Part shown: positions 1-11,861 of the stretch, one piece after another | Position numbering within the stretch: position 1 is the first letter of the stretch | How the letters are laid out: every line of letters starts with the position of its first letter | NCBI GenBank assembly: GCA_002269645.1 | Contig: NIVC01000995.1 | Span: forward strand, 124,001 to 188,000 | Reading direction: 5' to 3' | Length of the DNA: 64,000 nt | Source of the DNA: Macrostomum lignano | Taxonomy: Eukaryota | Notes under the pieces: model-generated | Seen by the model: the letters and a program-made list of their open reading frames with translations, nothing else | The model's database searches: none | What the model was told of the DNA's origin: nothing | Made by a program: the position numbers and the translations under genes

Positions 1-14
1 GTAAACATTATTGA

Positions 15-350
15 GTGAGTTCATGAGTGAAGTCATGAGTAAGGTCATGAGTGGGGTCATGAGTAAAGTCATAAGTGAGATTATGAGTATATTCATGAGT
101 AAGGTCATCAGCGACTTCATGAGTGAGGTCATGAGTAAGGTCATAGGTGAGGTCATGAGTGAGGTCATGAGTAAGGTAATAGGTGAGGTCATAAGTGAGG
201 TCATGAGTAAAATCATAGGTGAGGTCATAAGTGAGATCATGAGTGATGTCATAGGTGAGGTCATGAGTGATGTCATAGGTGAGGTCATGATTAAGGTCAT
301 AGGTGAGGTCATAGGTGAGATCATGAGTGAGGTCATGAGTGAGATCATGA
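15..350. repeat. 12-bp minisatellite (GAGGTCATGAGT variants), intronic
   Basis: Direct inspection. Confidence 0.85.
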
Positions 351-365
351 TGCGCGCACTTACAG

Positions 366-3300
366 AACGGCAGCTCCGCGGACGCGGATCCGTCGACACC
401 GGCAGGCGGCGGCGAGCTCGTAGGCGGTCTGAGGAGCTGCAGCTGCCCGCTGGGGTTCTACGGCAGCCGCTGCCAGTTCAACTACACAACCTGCGCTGAC
501 CGGCCCTGCGGCGATCGCGGCGACTGTCGCAACCTGCCGGACGGCGGCGGCTTCAGCTGTAGCTGCCACCCCGGCTGGGCCGGCCGCGGCTGCGAGGAGA
601 ACGTCAACGACTGCCCGAAGGATTACTGCGCCAACGGTGAGGGATTGCGCCAAAGGTTTTACTTTTGTCAGAGTCTCGTATCAATGCGGTAACAAAACTT
701 CTAATTCCTAATCCGATGGCGCCACTTGGTGCTGGCGCCACTTGGTGCTGGCGCCACTTGGTGCTGGCGCCACTTGGTTCTGGCGCCCCTTGGTTCTGGC
801 GCCCCTTGGTTCTGGCACCCCTTGGTTCTGGCGCCTCTTGGTGCTGGCGCCTCTTGGTGCTGGCGCCCCTTGGTTCTGGCGCCCCTTGGTTCTGGCACCC
901 CTTGGTTCTGGCGCCTCTTGGTTCTGGCGCCCCTTGGTTCTGGCGCCCCTTGGTTCTGGCGCCTCTTGGTGCTGGCGCCCATTGGTTCTGGCGCCTCTTG
1001 GTGCTGGCGCCCATTGGTTCTGGCGCCCATTGGTTCTGGCGCCTATTGGTTCTGGCGCCCATTGGTTCTGGCGCCCATTGGTTCTGGTGCCCATTGGTTC
1101 TGGTGCCCATTGGTTCTGGTGCCTATTGGTTCTGGTGCCCATTGGTTCTGGCGCCATTTGGTTCTGGCGCCCATTGGTTCTGGCGCCCATTGGTTCTGGC
1201 GCCCATTGGTTCTGGCGCCCATTGGTTCTGGTGCCTATTGGTTCTGGTGCCCATTGGTTCTGGTGCCCATTGGTTCTGGCGCCCATTGGTTCTGGTGCCC
1301 ATTGGTTCTGGTGCCCATTGGTTCTGGCGCCTCTTGGTTCTGGCGCCCCTTGGTTCTGGTGCTCCTTAGTTTTGGCGCCTCTTGGTTCTGGCGCCCCTTG
1401 GTGCTGGCGCCCATTGGTTCTGGCGCCCATTGGTTCTGGTGCCCATTGGTTCTGGTGCCCATTGGTTCTGGCGCCTCTTGGTTCTGGCGCCCCTTGGTTC
1501 TGGTGCTCCTTAGTTTTGGCGCCTCTTGGTTCTGGCGCCCCTTGGTGCTGGCGCCCATTGGTTCTGGCGCCCATTGGTTCTGGCGCCCCTTGGTGCTGGC
1601 GCCCCTTGGTGCTGGCGCCCCTTGGTGCTGGCGCCCCTTGGTTCTGGCGCCCCTTGGTTCTGGCACCCATTGGTTCTGGTGCCCATTGGTTCTGGCGCCT
1701 CTTGGTTCTGGCGCCCCTTGGTTCTGGTGCTCCTTAGTTTTGGCGCCTCTTGGTGCTGGCGCCCATTGGTTCTGGCGCCCATTGGTTCTGGCACCCATTG
1801 GTTCTGGCGCCCATTGGTTCTGGCACCCATTGGTTCTGGCGCCCATTGGAGCTGGCGCCCATTGGTTCTGGCGCCCATTGGTTCTGGCGCCCATTGGTTC
1901 TGGCGTCCATTGGTGCTGGCGCCCATTGGTGCTGCCGCTCCTTGGTGCTAAGTTGGCTATGTTCCCGCTGGGGGTTTCAACCATAGACACTTTCGTTTGA
2001 TGAAAACGAAGCTTTTCATGCAGCACTGCAGTCTAGAAAAAAGTTGCAGCACAGTATAATAGTAATTATAATTTGGGCTTTCCAAGAAATCGTAGTAATA
2101 AGAAACCGTATTTTACCATGACCTTTTGCCCGGTGGGCACTTACTCAATCCCTTTAATACGAGCATCGACTACATTCAAGCCCTGGGTTGAAATTTGCTG
2201 CACTTCTGTAAGAGCCATAATAGTCATCTGATAGTCGCTGAACATCAGTTTTCATTAAGTATTGCGAGTTCGAGAAGGTCGCTAATCAGGGCTCCGGATC
2301 CTTCACAGCCCACCTGGCTGCCCCAAGTCGAGGAGACTCAAGTTTCTGGACAAAAATCTCCCCGATAATCTCAACTAGCTGGCTGAATTATTTCTCTCAG
2401 CTTCCCAGCAGCAGCACGCCTCCTCCGATGCGACCTGAAGCAGTTTTCCACCTAAAAAACTCTCTAAGCCCTCCATCCTTGCAGGCCTGGGGCTTGCAGT
2501 CGCACAGGTGAAGAGGCCAGAAGAAGCCACTCCAAACCGGGTCTCTCTGTTGCCAACGGTGGGCCCCGTACCAACCTGAGAAGGAGAGGGGGGGTGGTGC
2601 AGTCAAGGTGAAACAAACCCGCTAGGCCAGGGCGAATATGACGAGCTGAAAGTGGATGCTTGGGGTCTCTCTTCTCTCTTTCACAGATCTGCCAATCAGC
2701 CACTTTAAAGCTCCACCTGTGTGCGCCCATTTTCTCATTTGGCTTTTTTGGCAAGCTTAAGATTCGCTGCCTTGCACACCTGGATGGTAGATAGCATATG
2801 GTAAATAGCGGATGGTAGATAGCGGATGGTAGATAGCGGATGGTACCTGGTAGATAACGGATGGTAGATAGCGGATGGTAGATAGCGGATGGTAGATAGC
2901 GGATGGTAGATAGTAGATAGCGGATGGTAGATAGCGGATGGTAGATAGCGGATGGTAGATAGCGGATAGTAGATAGCGGATGGTAGATAGCGGATGGTAG
3001 ATAGCGGATGGTAGATAGCGGATGGTAGATAGCGGATGGTAGATAGCGGATGGTAGATAGCGGATGGTAGATAGCGGATGGTAGATAGCGGATGGTAGAT
3101 AGCGGATGGTAGATAGCGGATGGTAGATAGTCGATAGCGGATGGTAGATAGCGGATGGTAGATAGCGGATGGTAGATAGCGGATGGTAGATAGCGGATGG
3201 TAGATAGTAGATAGCGGATGGTAGATAGCGGATGGTAGATAGCGGATGGTAGATAGCGGATGGTAGATAGCGGATGGTAGATAGCGGATGGTAGATAGCG

Positions 3301-6300
3301 GATGGTAGATAGCGGATGGTAGATAGCGGATGGTAGATAGCGGATGGTAGATAGTCGATAGCGGATGGTAGATAGCGGATGGTAGATAGCGGATGGTAGA
3401 TAGCGGATGGTAGATAGCAGATGGTAGATAGCGGATGGTAGATAGCGGATGGTAGATAACGGATGGTAGAGAGCGGATAGCGGATGATAGATAGCGCATA
3501 ACGGATGGTTGGTAGATAGCCTACAGAGGGTGGTAGGTAGCGGATAGCGGATTTTAGGTGGCAGATAGCGGATAGCGAATATTGCTAACAGAGAAAGCCA
3601 AAGCCGTTAAACCCATTTTGACCCCCAGTTGTTGCTCCCAGCAGGGTAAAAACAGATACCCTTAGCAACCAACAACCCCCATTATGCGTTCTGCTGCTTT
3701 CGCTCGCACTGCATTACTGCTTTGGCGGCAAGGAGTTCTATATATACATGTACAATATCCGGAGTGGAAACTTAGCCACACAAAACCTGATCATCGTAAA
3801 CGCTGCATCACCAGGAATTAGGGCTTAAAGGCCTAAAAAATATGTTTTCCCTTATATATCCATAAAAAAATGCTTCATCGATTGCAAAATATACTAGATC
3901 AACAATAAAAATTATTGTTTTCACAATCTAGATGGCTAGCTTCAAGACTCCATGATTCCAAGTCCCTTGCCCCCGAGCACTGGCTCAGTAAAAGGCATTG
4001 AGAGGCTACATTGAAAAGGCCGGGTCCTGAGTAGCCCTGTTAGCCAGTTCTGAATTGGCTTTTCCCATTGCCCAGAGTGGCTTCATTTTCAGTTCCAACT
4101 TGGCCAAGGTGGGAAGGGGAGGAGAAAAGTGAAACAATATCTTGTTTAATGCGTGCGTGAAAACAAGGCGACCAAAAAATGACAAGGGTCACGTGACTAC
4201 AAGGTGTGTTATGAGCCTGTTAGAAGCTTTGCGTGAACTAGAGGAAGCTCTAGCAATTACGAAAGGGCAGTGCGTTTTGCTAGTTTGAGTACGAAACCTG
4301 CTCAAGCGGCTGGAACTGGGCAAAACTTACCGGTCATAAAAACACCCGGTGTTCTACAGTCATAAAACACCCGGTGTTCTACCGGTCAGAAAAACACCCC
4401 GATGTTTTACGGTCATAAAAACACCCCGATGTTTTACGGTCACAAAAATATCCCGATGTTTTACGGTCATAAAAACGCCCCGATGTTTTACGGTCACAAA
4501 AACACCCCGATGTTTTACGGTCATAAAAACACACCGATGTTTTACGGTCATAAAAACACACCGATGTTTTACGGTCATAAAAACACACCGATGTTTTACG
4601 GTCATAAAAACACCCCGATGTTTTACGGTCATAAAAACACCCCGATATTTTACGGTCATAAAAACACCCCGATATTTTACGGTCATAAAAACACCATTTT
4701 TTGTTTTATCGGCTACCAAGCCAATTGAGATCCCTCACAGAAATTGATTCGCAATTTTCCCTTGGCCCCACCCTCACACCAGGCGGCCAATGCGTGGACC
4801 TGGTGAACAGATTCCAGTGCATCTGCCGACTCAACTACCGCGGCCCCAGGTGCACCGTCAACCTGCGCGACTGCCGCAACCTCACCTGCCTAAACGGCGG
4901 CGTCTGTCGCGACTTGGCCGACGGTCTCGGCTGCGACTGTCCGGCCGGACTGAGCGGCAAATTCTGCGAATTGGGGACGCCGGCGGCCTCGGACTGGCCG
5001 CCCACAGTCAGCTGGTCTTCTACAGAGGACCTTCGGCGGCAGCCGGGGGTGGCTGTGCTGCTGCTGGTCATCGCCGTGCTGCTCATCCTGCTGCTGCTCC
5101 TGGCCGCCATCGTCTCCGTCTTCGTCTGGCAGCGTCGCCGAAAACGACGAAGCCATCAGGCCGGAGTCACCGCCGCTGCTGCGGCTGCCGCCGCGGTTGC
5201 CATCCAGGATGCCGGGTCCGATGATGACGACGATGGCCCTCGACGCCAGAAGATTGACAGCTTCGGCGGCGAAGAGTCCGCCAAGCTGCGTATCAGCTGC
5301 GACGATTTTTACAGCATCGGCGACGTCGACCAGCCCGGACTGGCGATGAACAACAGCCGGTGCAACGTGCTGCGGCCGGGGCTGGCCGAGAGCAAGATGG
5401 ACTACTTTGCGCACAAGCAGATCAACAACCTGCTGAGCGCCAGCCAGGGCTGCCTCAGCCCCAGGGAGCTGCGACAATCCGCCGCCTTGATGCATGGGTA
5501 CGGGCCTGGCCGTGTGTCTGGCCGTGTGTCTGACTGTGTGTCTGGCTGTGTGTCTGACCGTGTGTCTGGCCGTGTGTCTGGCCGTGTGTCTGACTGTGTG
5601 TCTGGCCGTGTGTCTGACCGTGTGTCTGGCCGTGTGCCTGGCCGTGTGTCTGACCGTGTGTCTGACCGTGTGTCTGACTGTGTGTCTGGCCGTGTGTATG
5701 ACCGTGTGTCTGACCGTGTGTCTGACCGTGTGTCTGACCGTGTGTCTGACCGTGTGTCTGACTGTGTGTCTGACTGTGTGTCTGACCGTGTGTATGACTG
5801 TGTGTCTGACCGTGTGTATGACTGTGTGTCTGACCTTGTGTCTGACTGAGTGTCTGACAGTGTGTCTCACTGTATCTGGCCGTGTGTCTGACCGTGTGTC
5901 TTACTGTATCTGGCCGTGTGTCTGACCGTGTGTCTGACCGTGTGTCTGACCGTGTGTATGACCGTGTGTCTGACCGTGTGTCTGACCGTGTGTCTGAACG
6001 TGTGTCTGACTGTGTGTCTGACCGTGTGTATGACCGTGTGTCTGACCGTGTGTCTGACCGTGTGTCTGACCGTGTGTCTGACCGTGTGTCTGACTGTGTG
6101 TCTGACTGTGTGTCTGACCGTGTGTATGACTGTGTGTCTGACCGTGTGTCTGACTGAGTGTCTGACCGTGTGTCTCACTGTATCTGGCCGTGTGTCTGAC
6201 CGTGTGTCTGACCGTGTGTCTGACCGTGTGTATGACCGTGTGTCTGACCGTGTGTCTGACCGTGTGTCTGAACGTGTGTCTGACTGTGTGTCTGACCGTG

Positions 6301-7181
6301 TGTATGACCGTGTGTCTGACCGTGTGTCTGACCGTGTGTCTGACCGTGTGTCTGACCGTGTGTCTGACTGTGTGTCTGACTGTGTGTCTGACCGTGTGTA
6401 TGACTGTGTGTCTGACCGTGTGTCTGACTGAGTGTCTGACCGTGTGTCTCACTGTATCTGGCCGTGTGTCTGACCGTGTGTCTTACTGTATCTGGCCGTG
6501 TGTCTGACCGTCCTCATTTGCAACATTGAGCTATAAATGCTGCATAGCAACTCATAGCAATTATTCCCCTAACTTGGCGCGTTGCCAAAGCGAAATTTTT
6601 GCAGATCTTTCTGGCGATTGAAATCGCACTTGATGTCAGTTTGATTCTCTTCAATCCTTTTGCTAACGAAGTCTTCATGCATTTAGAATAAATTCTGACC
6701 CTTGTTAAGCAGGACCTTGCCAACGGAAATGAGCTTTCTTGAGTTGCGTAGCTCCCGTTGGATACGAGAATATTAACAGTGAAACCCAAAGAGCCGGAAG
6801 TGGCAGACACACCCCCGGACAAAGGACTGGCCACTTTCAGTAACTGTTCTGTGAATTGGGACTTAACAACTTTTTCATTTTCTAAATTTTCCCTGAACCA
6901 AAAGGTCTTAAGGATCTCGCTTTTCGAGCAGAACTTGGCAATTGAGCATGGTTTTTGCTACTATCAGTAGTGTAACGACAATTTCCTCGCGATTCTCCCC
7001 ACCCAGAATGCGGCCCGGTCAGTCTCGACCCCGCCTGCAGCCTTCCTCGTCGATGCAGTTCAGCGGCCGCCTGGCAACCGTGAGCCGGGCCGGCCTCAGC
7101 TCGTCCTTCGTGCAAAGCGCCTCTGTAGCCATGCGGCATACCCGCATTCCCAGCTGCGATTTTGGCCACGGCTGGGCCTGA
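366..7181 (+). CDS. 3' part of a Delta-like Notch ligand (EGF repeats + TM + intracellular tail); 5' exons lie outside the window
   Basis: Exons 366-636 (NGSS...CSCPLGFYGSRC..TCADRPCGDRGDC..FSCSCHPGWAGRGCEENVNDCPKDYCAN), 4783-5497 (GGQCVDLVNRFQCIC..CDCPAGLSGKFCE, TM VAVLLLVIAVLLILLLLLAAIVSVFVW, basic stop RRRKRR, tail with MNN..KQINN) and a probable last exon 7007-7181. The phase-1 GT-AG intron 637-4782 restores CANG|GQC. No Cys-rich vWC domain before the TM, which favours Delta over Serrate. The DSL domain is not visible and the last exon is less certain. Confidence 0.75.
718..1948. repeat. 16-bp minisatellite CATTGGTTCTGGCGCC
   Basis: About 75 tandem units in the Delta intron. Confidence 0.95.
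2783..3500. repeat. 14-bp minisatellite AGATAGCGGATGGT
   Basis: About 50 tandem units. Confidence 0.95.
4330..4695. repeat. 27-bp minisatellite CCGATGTTTTACGGTCATAAAAACACC
   Basis: About 13 units, internal inverted TGTTTT/AAAACA. Confidence 0.92.
5508..6510. repeat. 12-bp minisatellite GACCGTGTGTCT with a 274-bp higher-order duplication
   Basis: Direct inspection. Confidence 0.95.
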
Positions 7182-7342
7182 CCATCTGCTGCGGCTGCCT
7201 CTCCCCCTGCCGCCCTGTGCGCCGCTCCTGGTACTGCCGGCCCGACTACAACAGGCCCTTCTGTAGCCACTCCTGCAATGGCAGCGCTCCCTCATCTGGC
7301 ACCCACCCCTCCTCCACACCCACCCCCCTTCGCAGCCACCCC

Positions 7343-7556
7343 TACCCACTCCGCATACACCCCACTCCGCATACACCCCACTCCGCATACACCCCACTCC
7401 GCATACACCCCACTCCGCATACACCCCACTCCGCATACACCCCACTCCGCATACACCCCACTCCGCATAAACCCCACTCCGCATACACCCCACTCCGCAT
7501 ACACCCCACTCCGCATACACCCTACTCCGCATACACCCCACTCCGCATACACCCAC
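7343..7556. repeat. 16-bp minisatellite CCACTCCGCATACACC
   Basis: About 13 units downstream of the Delta stop. Confidence 0.92.
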
Positions 7557-8333
7557 TCGGCAAACCTTCACCAGCCTCCAACTCCTTCATCTCGGCGCTG
7601 CGGCAACCAGCGGGACAAGCCTAAACAAGCAATCCAGCGACAAAGCGAAACACATCGAAAGCGAGACTAGTCGCGCAGCCACACGTAAACCGTTTGTTTT
7701 TATACCTTTGATTCTGGCTTTTAGCCTGACAACAACCTGTGTTCCCTCATTGCCTCGCGAGTCCCTATGAATACTTTATTTGTTAAACATTGTATTCCGG
7801 CACTTTCATGCTCTACCTACCTCCATTTAGTTTTCTTCTTCTCTCACTAAAATCTTCAAGTTCCCTGTAGTCAATTGCTGTGCAAGACGCGTGTTAATTG
7901 GAAGCACTAATTTACCGTACAAGACTTGCTTTTGTGCTTCAGTTTTTTGCAGTTTCGGTGAATAATTTGAAAATCAATTTTTTATACCCGTTGTTCTGTT
8001 TTCAATTATTTAGACGGTTGTCGCTTCAAGCCGACTTTCTATTCGCTTTGCTAAGCACTTATTTTTGCTGCATGTGTAAATTTAATCAAAGCAATGTGTG
8101 AGCCTATTCGTGTATTTGCTGGACAATCTAGAGCCTGAAACCCCCGACACTTAGCTACTGAACAGATAAGCACTTGCCCAGAAGCAATAAATATCTGCAG
8201 CAATTCGATTGCAACTTTGAACAAAAAAATTGTTTCAGTGGACAGACTTAACTGTTTGACGTATGCTGAAAGCCAAGCGGATTGTTCAAAACTTTTTGCT
8301 CTCTGTCTCCTAACACTATCTTCTCTACATCTC

Positions 8334-8660
8334 GGAGGTCGTAGCCCAGCGGTGCAGCGTGGCGCTCTGATGTGCCAGCGGCCCAGGCTCGATTCCAAGT
8401 GCAGTCAACATTAATTTGGGGCTAATTTGGAATCTCGGCTTGGCTCTGCTCGTGCAATTAACGCCCTGAAGGGCCAACCCCCAAGGCACAGTGAAGTGTA
8501 CATGCCTGACGATAAATAAAGTTAGGGCCGCTGTGCAATCCTGTGTGCCTGCTAAGGGGAGTTGGCGGAATGGGCAGCAATGCCTTTCGTTGGCTGTGTG
8601 ACAATGGGTGCATACAGTCCCTCTACACTCCTACAGCTGAAGGTCATTATAAACCAGTAA
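8334..8660 (+). mobile_element. Second tRNA-headed SINE-like family
   Basis: A box TAGCCCAGCGG (8342-8352), B box-like GGCTCGATTCC (8386-8396), A-rich end; body AAGGCACAG..AGTGTACATGCCTGACGAT..GGGCCGCTGT recurs at ~55965-56035. Confidence 0.55.
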
Positions 8661-9829
8661 AAACGAGCTGAAAAAAAATATAAAAATGAAAAATTAGAAT
8701 ACTTTCTTTGCATTCAAAAGAATTCAAAGAAATTCAAATTCAAAGAGAATTTCCGAGTTTGACAATTTGTGTAGCCGGCCTTTAGATAAAATTTTTAAAG
8801 CCTTAGCTTGCTCTCCCCTTCGACTGCTTCTTTCTTTCATTTTATTTTAATACCGAGCGAGCTGTGCTCATTCAGATGCAACAATACGATCGGGCCATAG
8901 ACCATTCTCTACCGCAATGCTGCAGCGAGATGAATAATAACACAATAATCCATAGAAATAAAGACTTTCCGTGACACATGCTTTTTTCGGGAGTTATATA
9001 TTAGTTACATTATAATACTACGAATTACCATAGACAAAAGGTTGCAGTTTCGTTAGATGCACGTTGAAGACGAGAAGAGAGAAGAATAAAGCAGAGCTAG
9101 CTTTACTGACTCAAAAAGAGAATGGAACTACCGAGAAAAGAAAACTAATAGACCTGCTGCACTTTCCAAATGAAATAATTTCTTGGAATGTCCACGGATC
9201 AAATCAAAGATTTATTGACGCATTCCCTCAAGGATTTATCAAGGATCAAGGATGCATTCCCTGAGTCCAAGATTTCTACAGGCCTACAGATGGAATATCT
9301 GAAAAAAATGTCCAGGAACTACTGGAAACCTGCTTTGTGTAAGAACTAAGAATGTAACGTGCACTGCGTCGTGGTAGTGACGTGACTCCTACAGCCCAAG
9401 AGCCTGCTAACACCACTGTTGAGCCGCCTAATCAAGAGCAACATGTTTTGATGATCGATTCATTGGCAGTGATGAGCCAGTCTCTGAACACAGTGACAGT
9501 GGAACAACTGATATTACCACCGCAACGACGCTGACCAACACTACTGGCAATGGCAGGCCTACAGTGATGTACAATATCTACGGTTTACTGCACAACTGCA
9601 TTTTTAATCACTGAAGTGAATCAGATCGAACTACGCGTGAATTGACTATATTTTAGGACCGCATGCTTGCTTTCAATCTCTGTTTACTTAATATCTGCTC
9701 CTGTTTTTAGCGTGCCTATAATGGAAAGATAGTGCACGGCTTGCAAGTGCAACAACGCCTAGGACCACGAGTGCGCGTAGCGCACGAGTGTCTATGGCGT
9801 TGTTGCACACGCAAGCCGTGCTTCTATCA

Positions 9830-10624
9830 CATTATCATATAGACTAGCCAACAGTGGCTATTCATTTTTGTCTATGGCAATTTGCAAAGAACAGGGTTGA
9901 GGGAGGCAAGGAATATCTTTCTCTCCACTACAGCGCGATATTTGTTCGCCTCAGTGTGCGTTCATTTGAAAACATGATTCATCTGTCACAATTCCCGGAC
10001 AATTGCATAACCGGCTTGACTACGGCGGAAATCGAGAAGCATGTAGAGCTAGCTCATGGACAGACATTCGTTGATCGAGCGGACGATGTTCGATGATGAG
10101 CCGCTGTATGGAGCCAGTTCGTCTTCTGCGACCAACGATAAGTCTGTGGCTATCGTCGGACCATCTGGCGATATGGATTCGGCGGGGGATGCTACGTCTA
10201 TCTCCGAGGTCCCAAAGCGGGTGGCAAGTGTTGGAATGATGACGTCAGTCCAAAATGTCAAGGTTGACGTTCAAGCATCTTCGGCCGATACTGTTCGACC
10301 GGAGCTACATATTCATCTGAGTGGGAGTTTCAGCAATTGCAACTTCAAATTCGGTGATCAGTGAGTACTGATGAGTACTGAGTGAGTTACTGAGTTTTCG
10401 AGTTACTACTAGAGCACTGACTACTAGACAAAGAGCTCGTTAAAAATGTTCAACTATTTGCTACGTTTGCTTTTCGTAAAATATAAAGTTTGTGTTGTTG
10501 CATTATTGCACGCTGAAAGCCGCCAGCGTGAATTTTTGGCGCATTATTGCACCCTGATTGTCAATTGTCTATGGTAAAATCTCCATTATTTTGACTCGCT
10601 TGTTGGCTAGACTATATGATAATG
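9830..10624. mobile_element. TIR-bounded element without clear TSD (possibly Crypton-like) carrying a 102-aa ORF
   Basis: CATTATCATATAGACTAGCCAACA (9830-9853) vs TGTTGGCTAGACTATATGATAATG (10601-10624), 23/24 match; internal ORF 10056-10364 ends SGSFSNCNFKFGDQ. Confidence 0.65.
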
Positions 10625-11861
10625 CATTATACGCACGCTGCCTGCGTTAAATGCACGCTGATTTATTTGTTGAAATACATAATGATTACCACGGTTTGGC
10701 CATAGACTATGTTGTTAAATGCACACTTCGTCGTGTTATAATGTTTTGAACTGGGTTTAGACCACAGATTCTATAAACACTAGATGGCTCACTCTCCATT
10801 CCTTCAGTGGAGGCCAAATTCTCACTGTCTATGGTTGGAATCCCTCGCTCGCGAGACTTCGCCTCCCCCCCCCCCGCGCCAGCAGCTTATAACTAGCGTA
10901 GAGCCAGCAAAAGAACTTTTCTCTCACTGATTCTAGCACACCCAGTTCTTTCTCCTGCTATCTGTCTGTGGGTTAGACTGGGCCCCAGTCTAAATTGTCC
11001 GAATTGAATTTCCGCTAGCTTTTTTTAGAACTGGACTTTGATCAAAATTGAACATGAAAAGGTGTAGTTACGCTTTAGTTTCAGCTCAGTTGTGTGCTCA
11101 GTTTTATATTTCTCTAAATGTTTGTGCTTTATTGCTTACTCCACAAATCCAGCACCAGTGACACTGGAAATGATTAAATTAGTGCTCCGATTACTATATT
11201 GGTCGCCTCAGAGCCCACAGTTTGGGCCATAGACTACTGAGAAATCAATCTTATAGCGCGTGATTTCCCTTCCCCACTGATTAATTAAATTGCTTGCTCT
11301 AAGTGTAAAATGGCTTCCAAATATTATATTTGCTACGCACTCGCTTCATCTACTGAACAGTCGCATGCGCGGTTAAGCAGACAGACAATCTGAAATAAAA
11401 TTGCACAACAATTGCCTGTAAAGTGCTGCAAATACTTTGAAAAAACTTGACTACATATCTGCGCGTCACTGCTCTCCTATCTCTTGCAGTCAGAAAACTT
11501 CCATTTTTTATTTTTAAACGGCGGCGGAAATTTCTAAGAAATAAAAGAACCGCGTTGACGTCATGCTTCGGTGAACATGTATCCATGGAGTTCTAAAACT
11601 ATAGCTATCTGGATTGGAAACTGGTGGCTCGCTAACAACTATCCTTTGGTTTACATACCGCACATTAAGACGAAAATCGCGACTTGCAATGAGTTGCCCA
11701 TTCACCTGACCCTGACCTTGACCAAAGGAGGGGACATGGGGGCATGTGCCCCCTTTGGTCAAAGTTATGTAGGGTGCTACATGTATGCTTGCAATTTTTC
11801 TAACAAGGTTCTATCCTTAGATTTTCGTTAGCTTCTTTAATCCTAAGTTTGTCTCTAGGGG

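Noticed and set aside
604-2026. Numerous long ORFs (up to 424 aa) on both strands
   Set aside because: Translations of a stop-free 16-bp intronic minisatellite; the same applies to ORFs over the arrays at 2.7-3.5, 5.5-6.5, 15.9-16.8, 23.7-25.9, 38.4-39.0, 59.1-59.6 and 62.1-63.6 kb
5498-5849. Arg/Val/Ser/Asp-repeat C-terminus on the Delta-like ORF
   Set aside because: Read-through into the 12-bp array past a GTACGG donor at 5498
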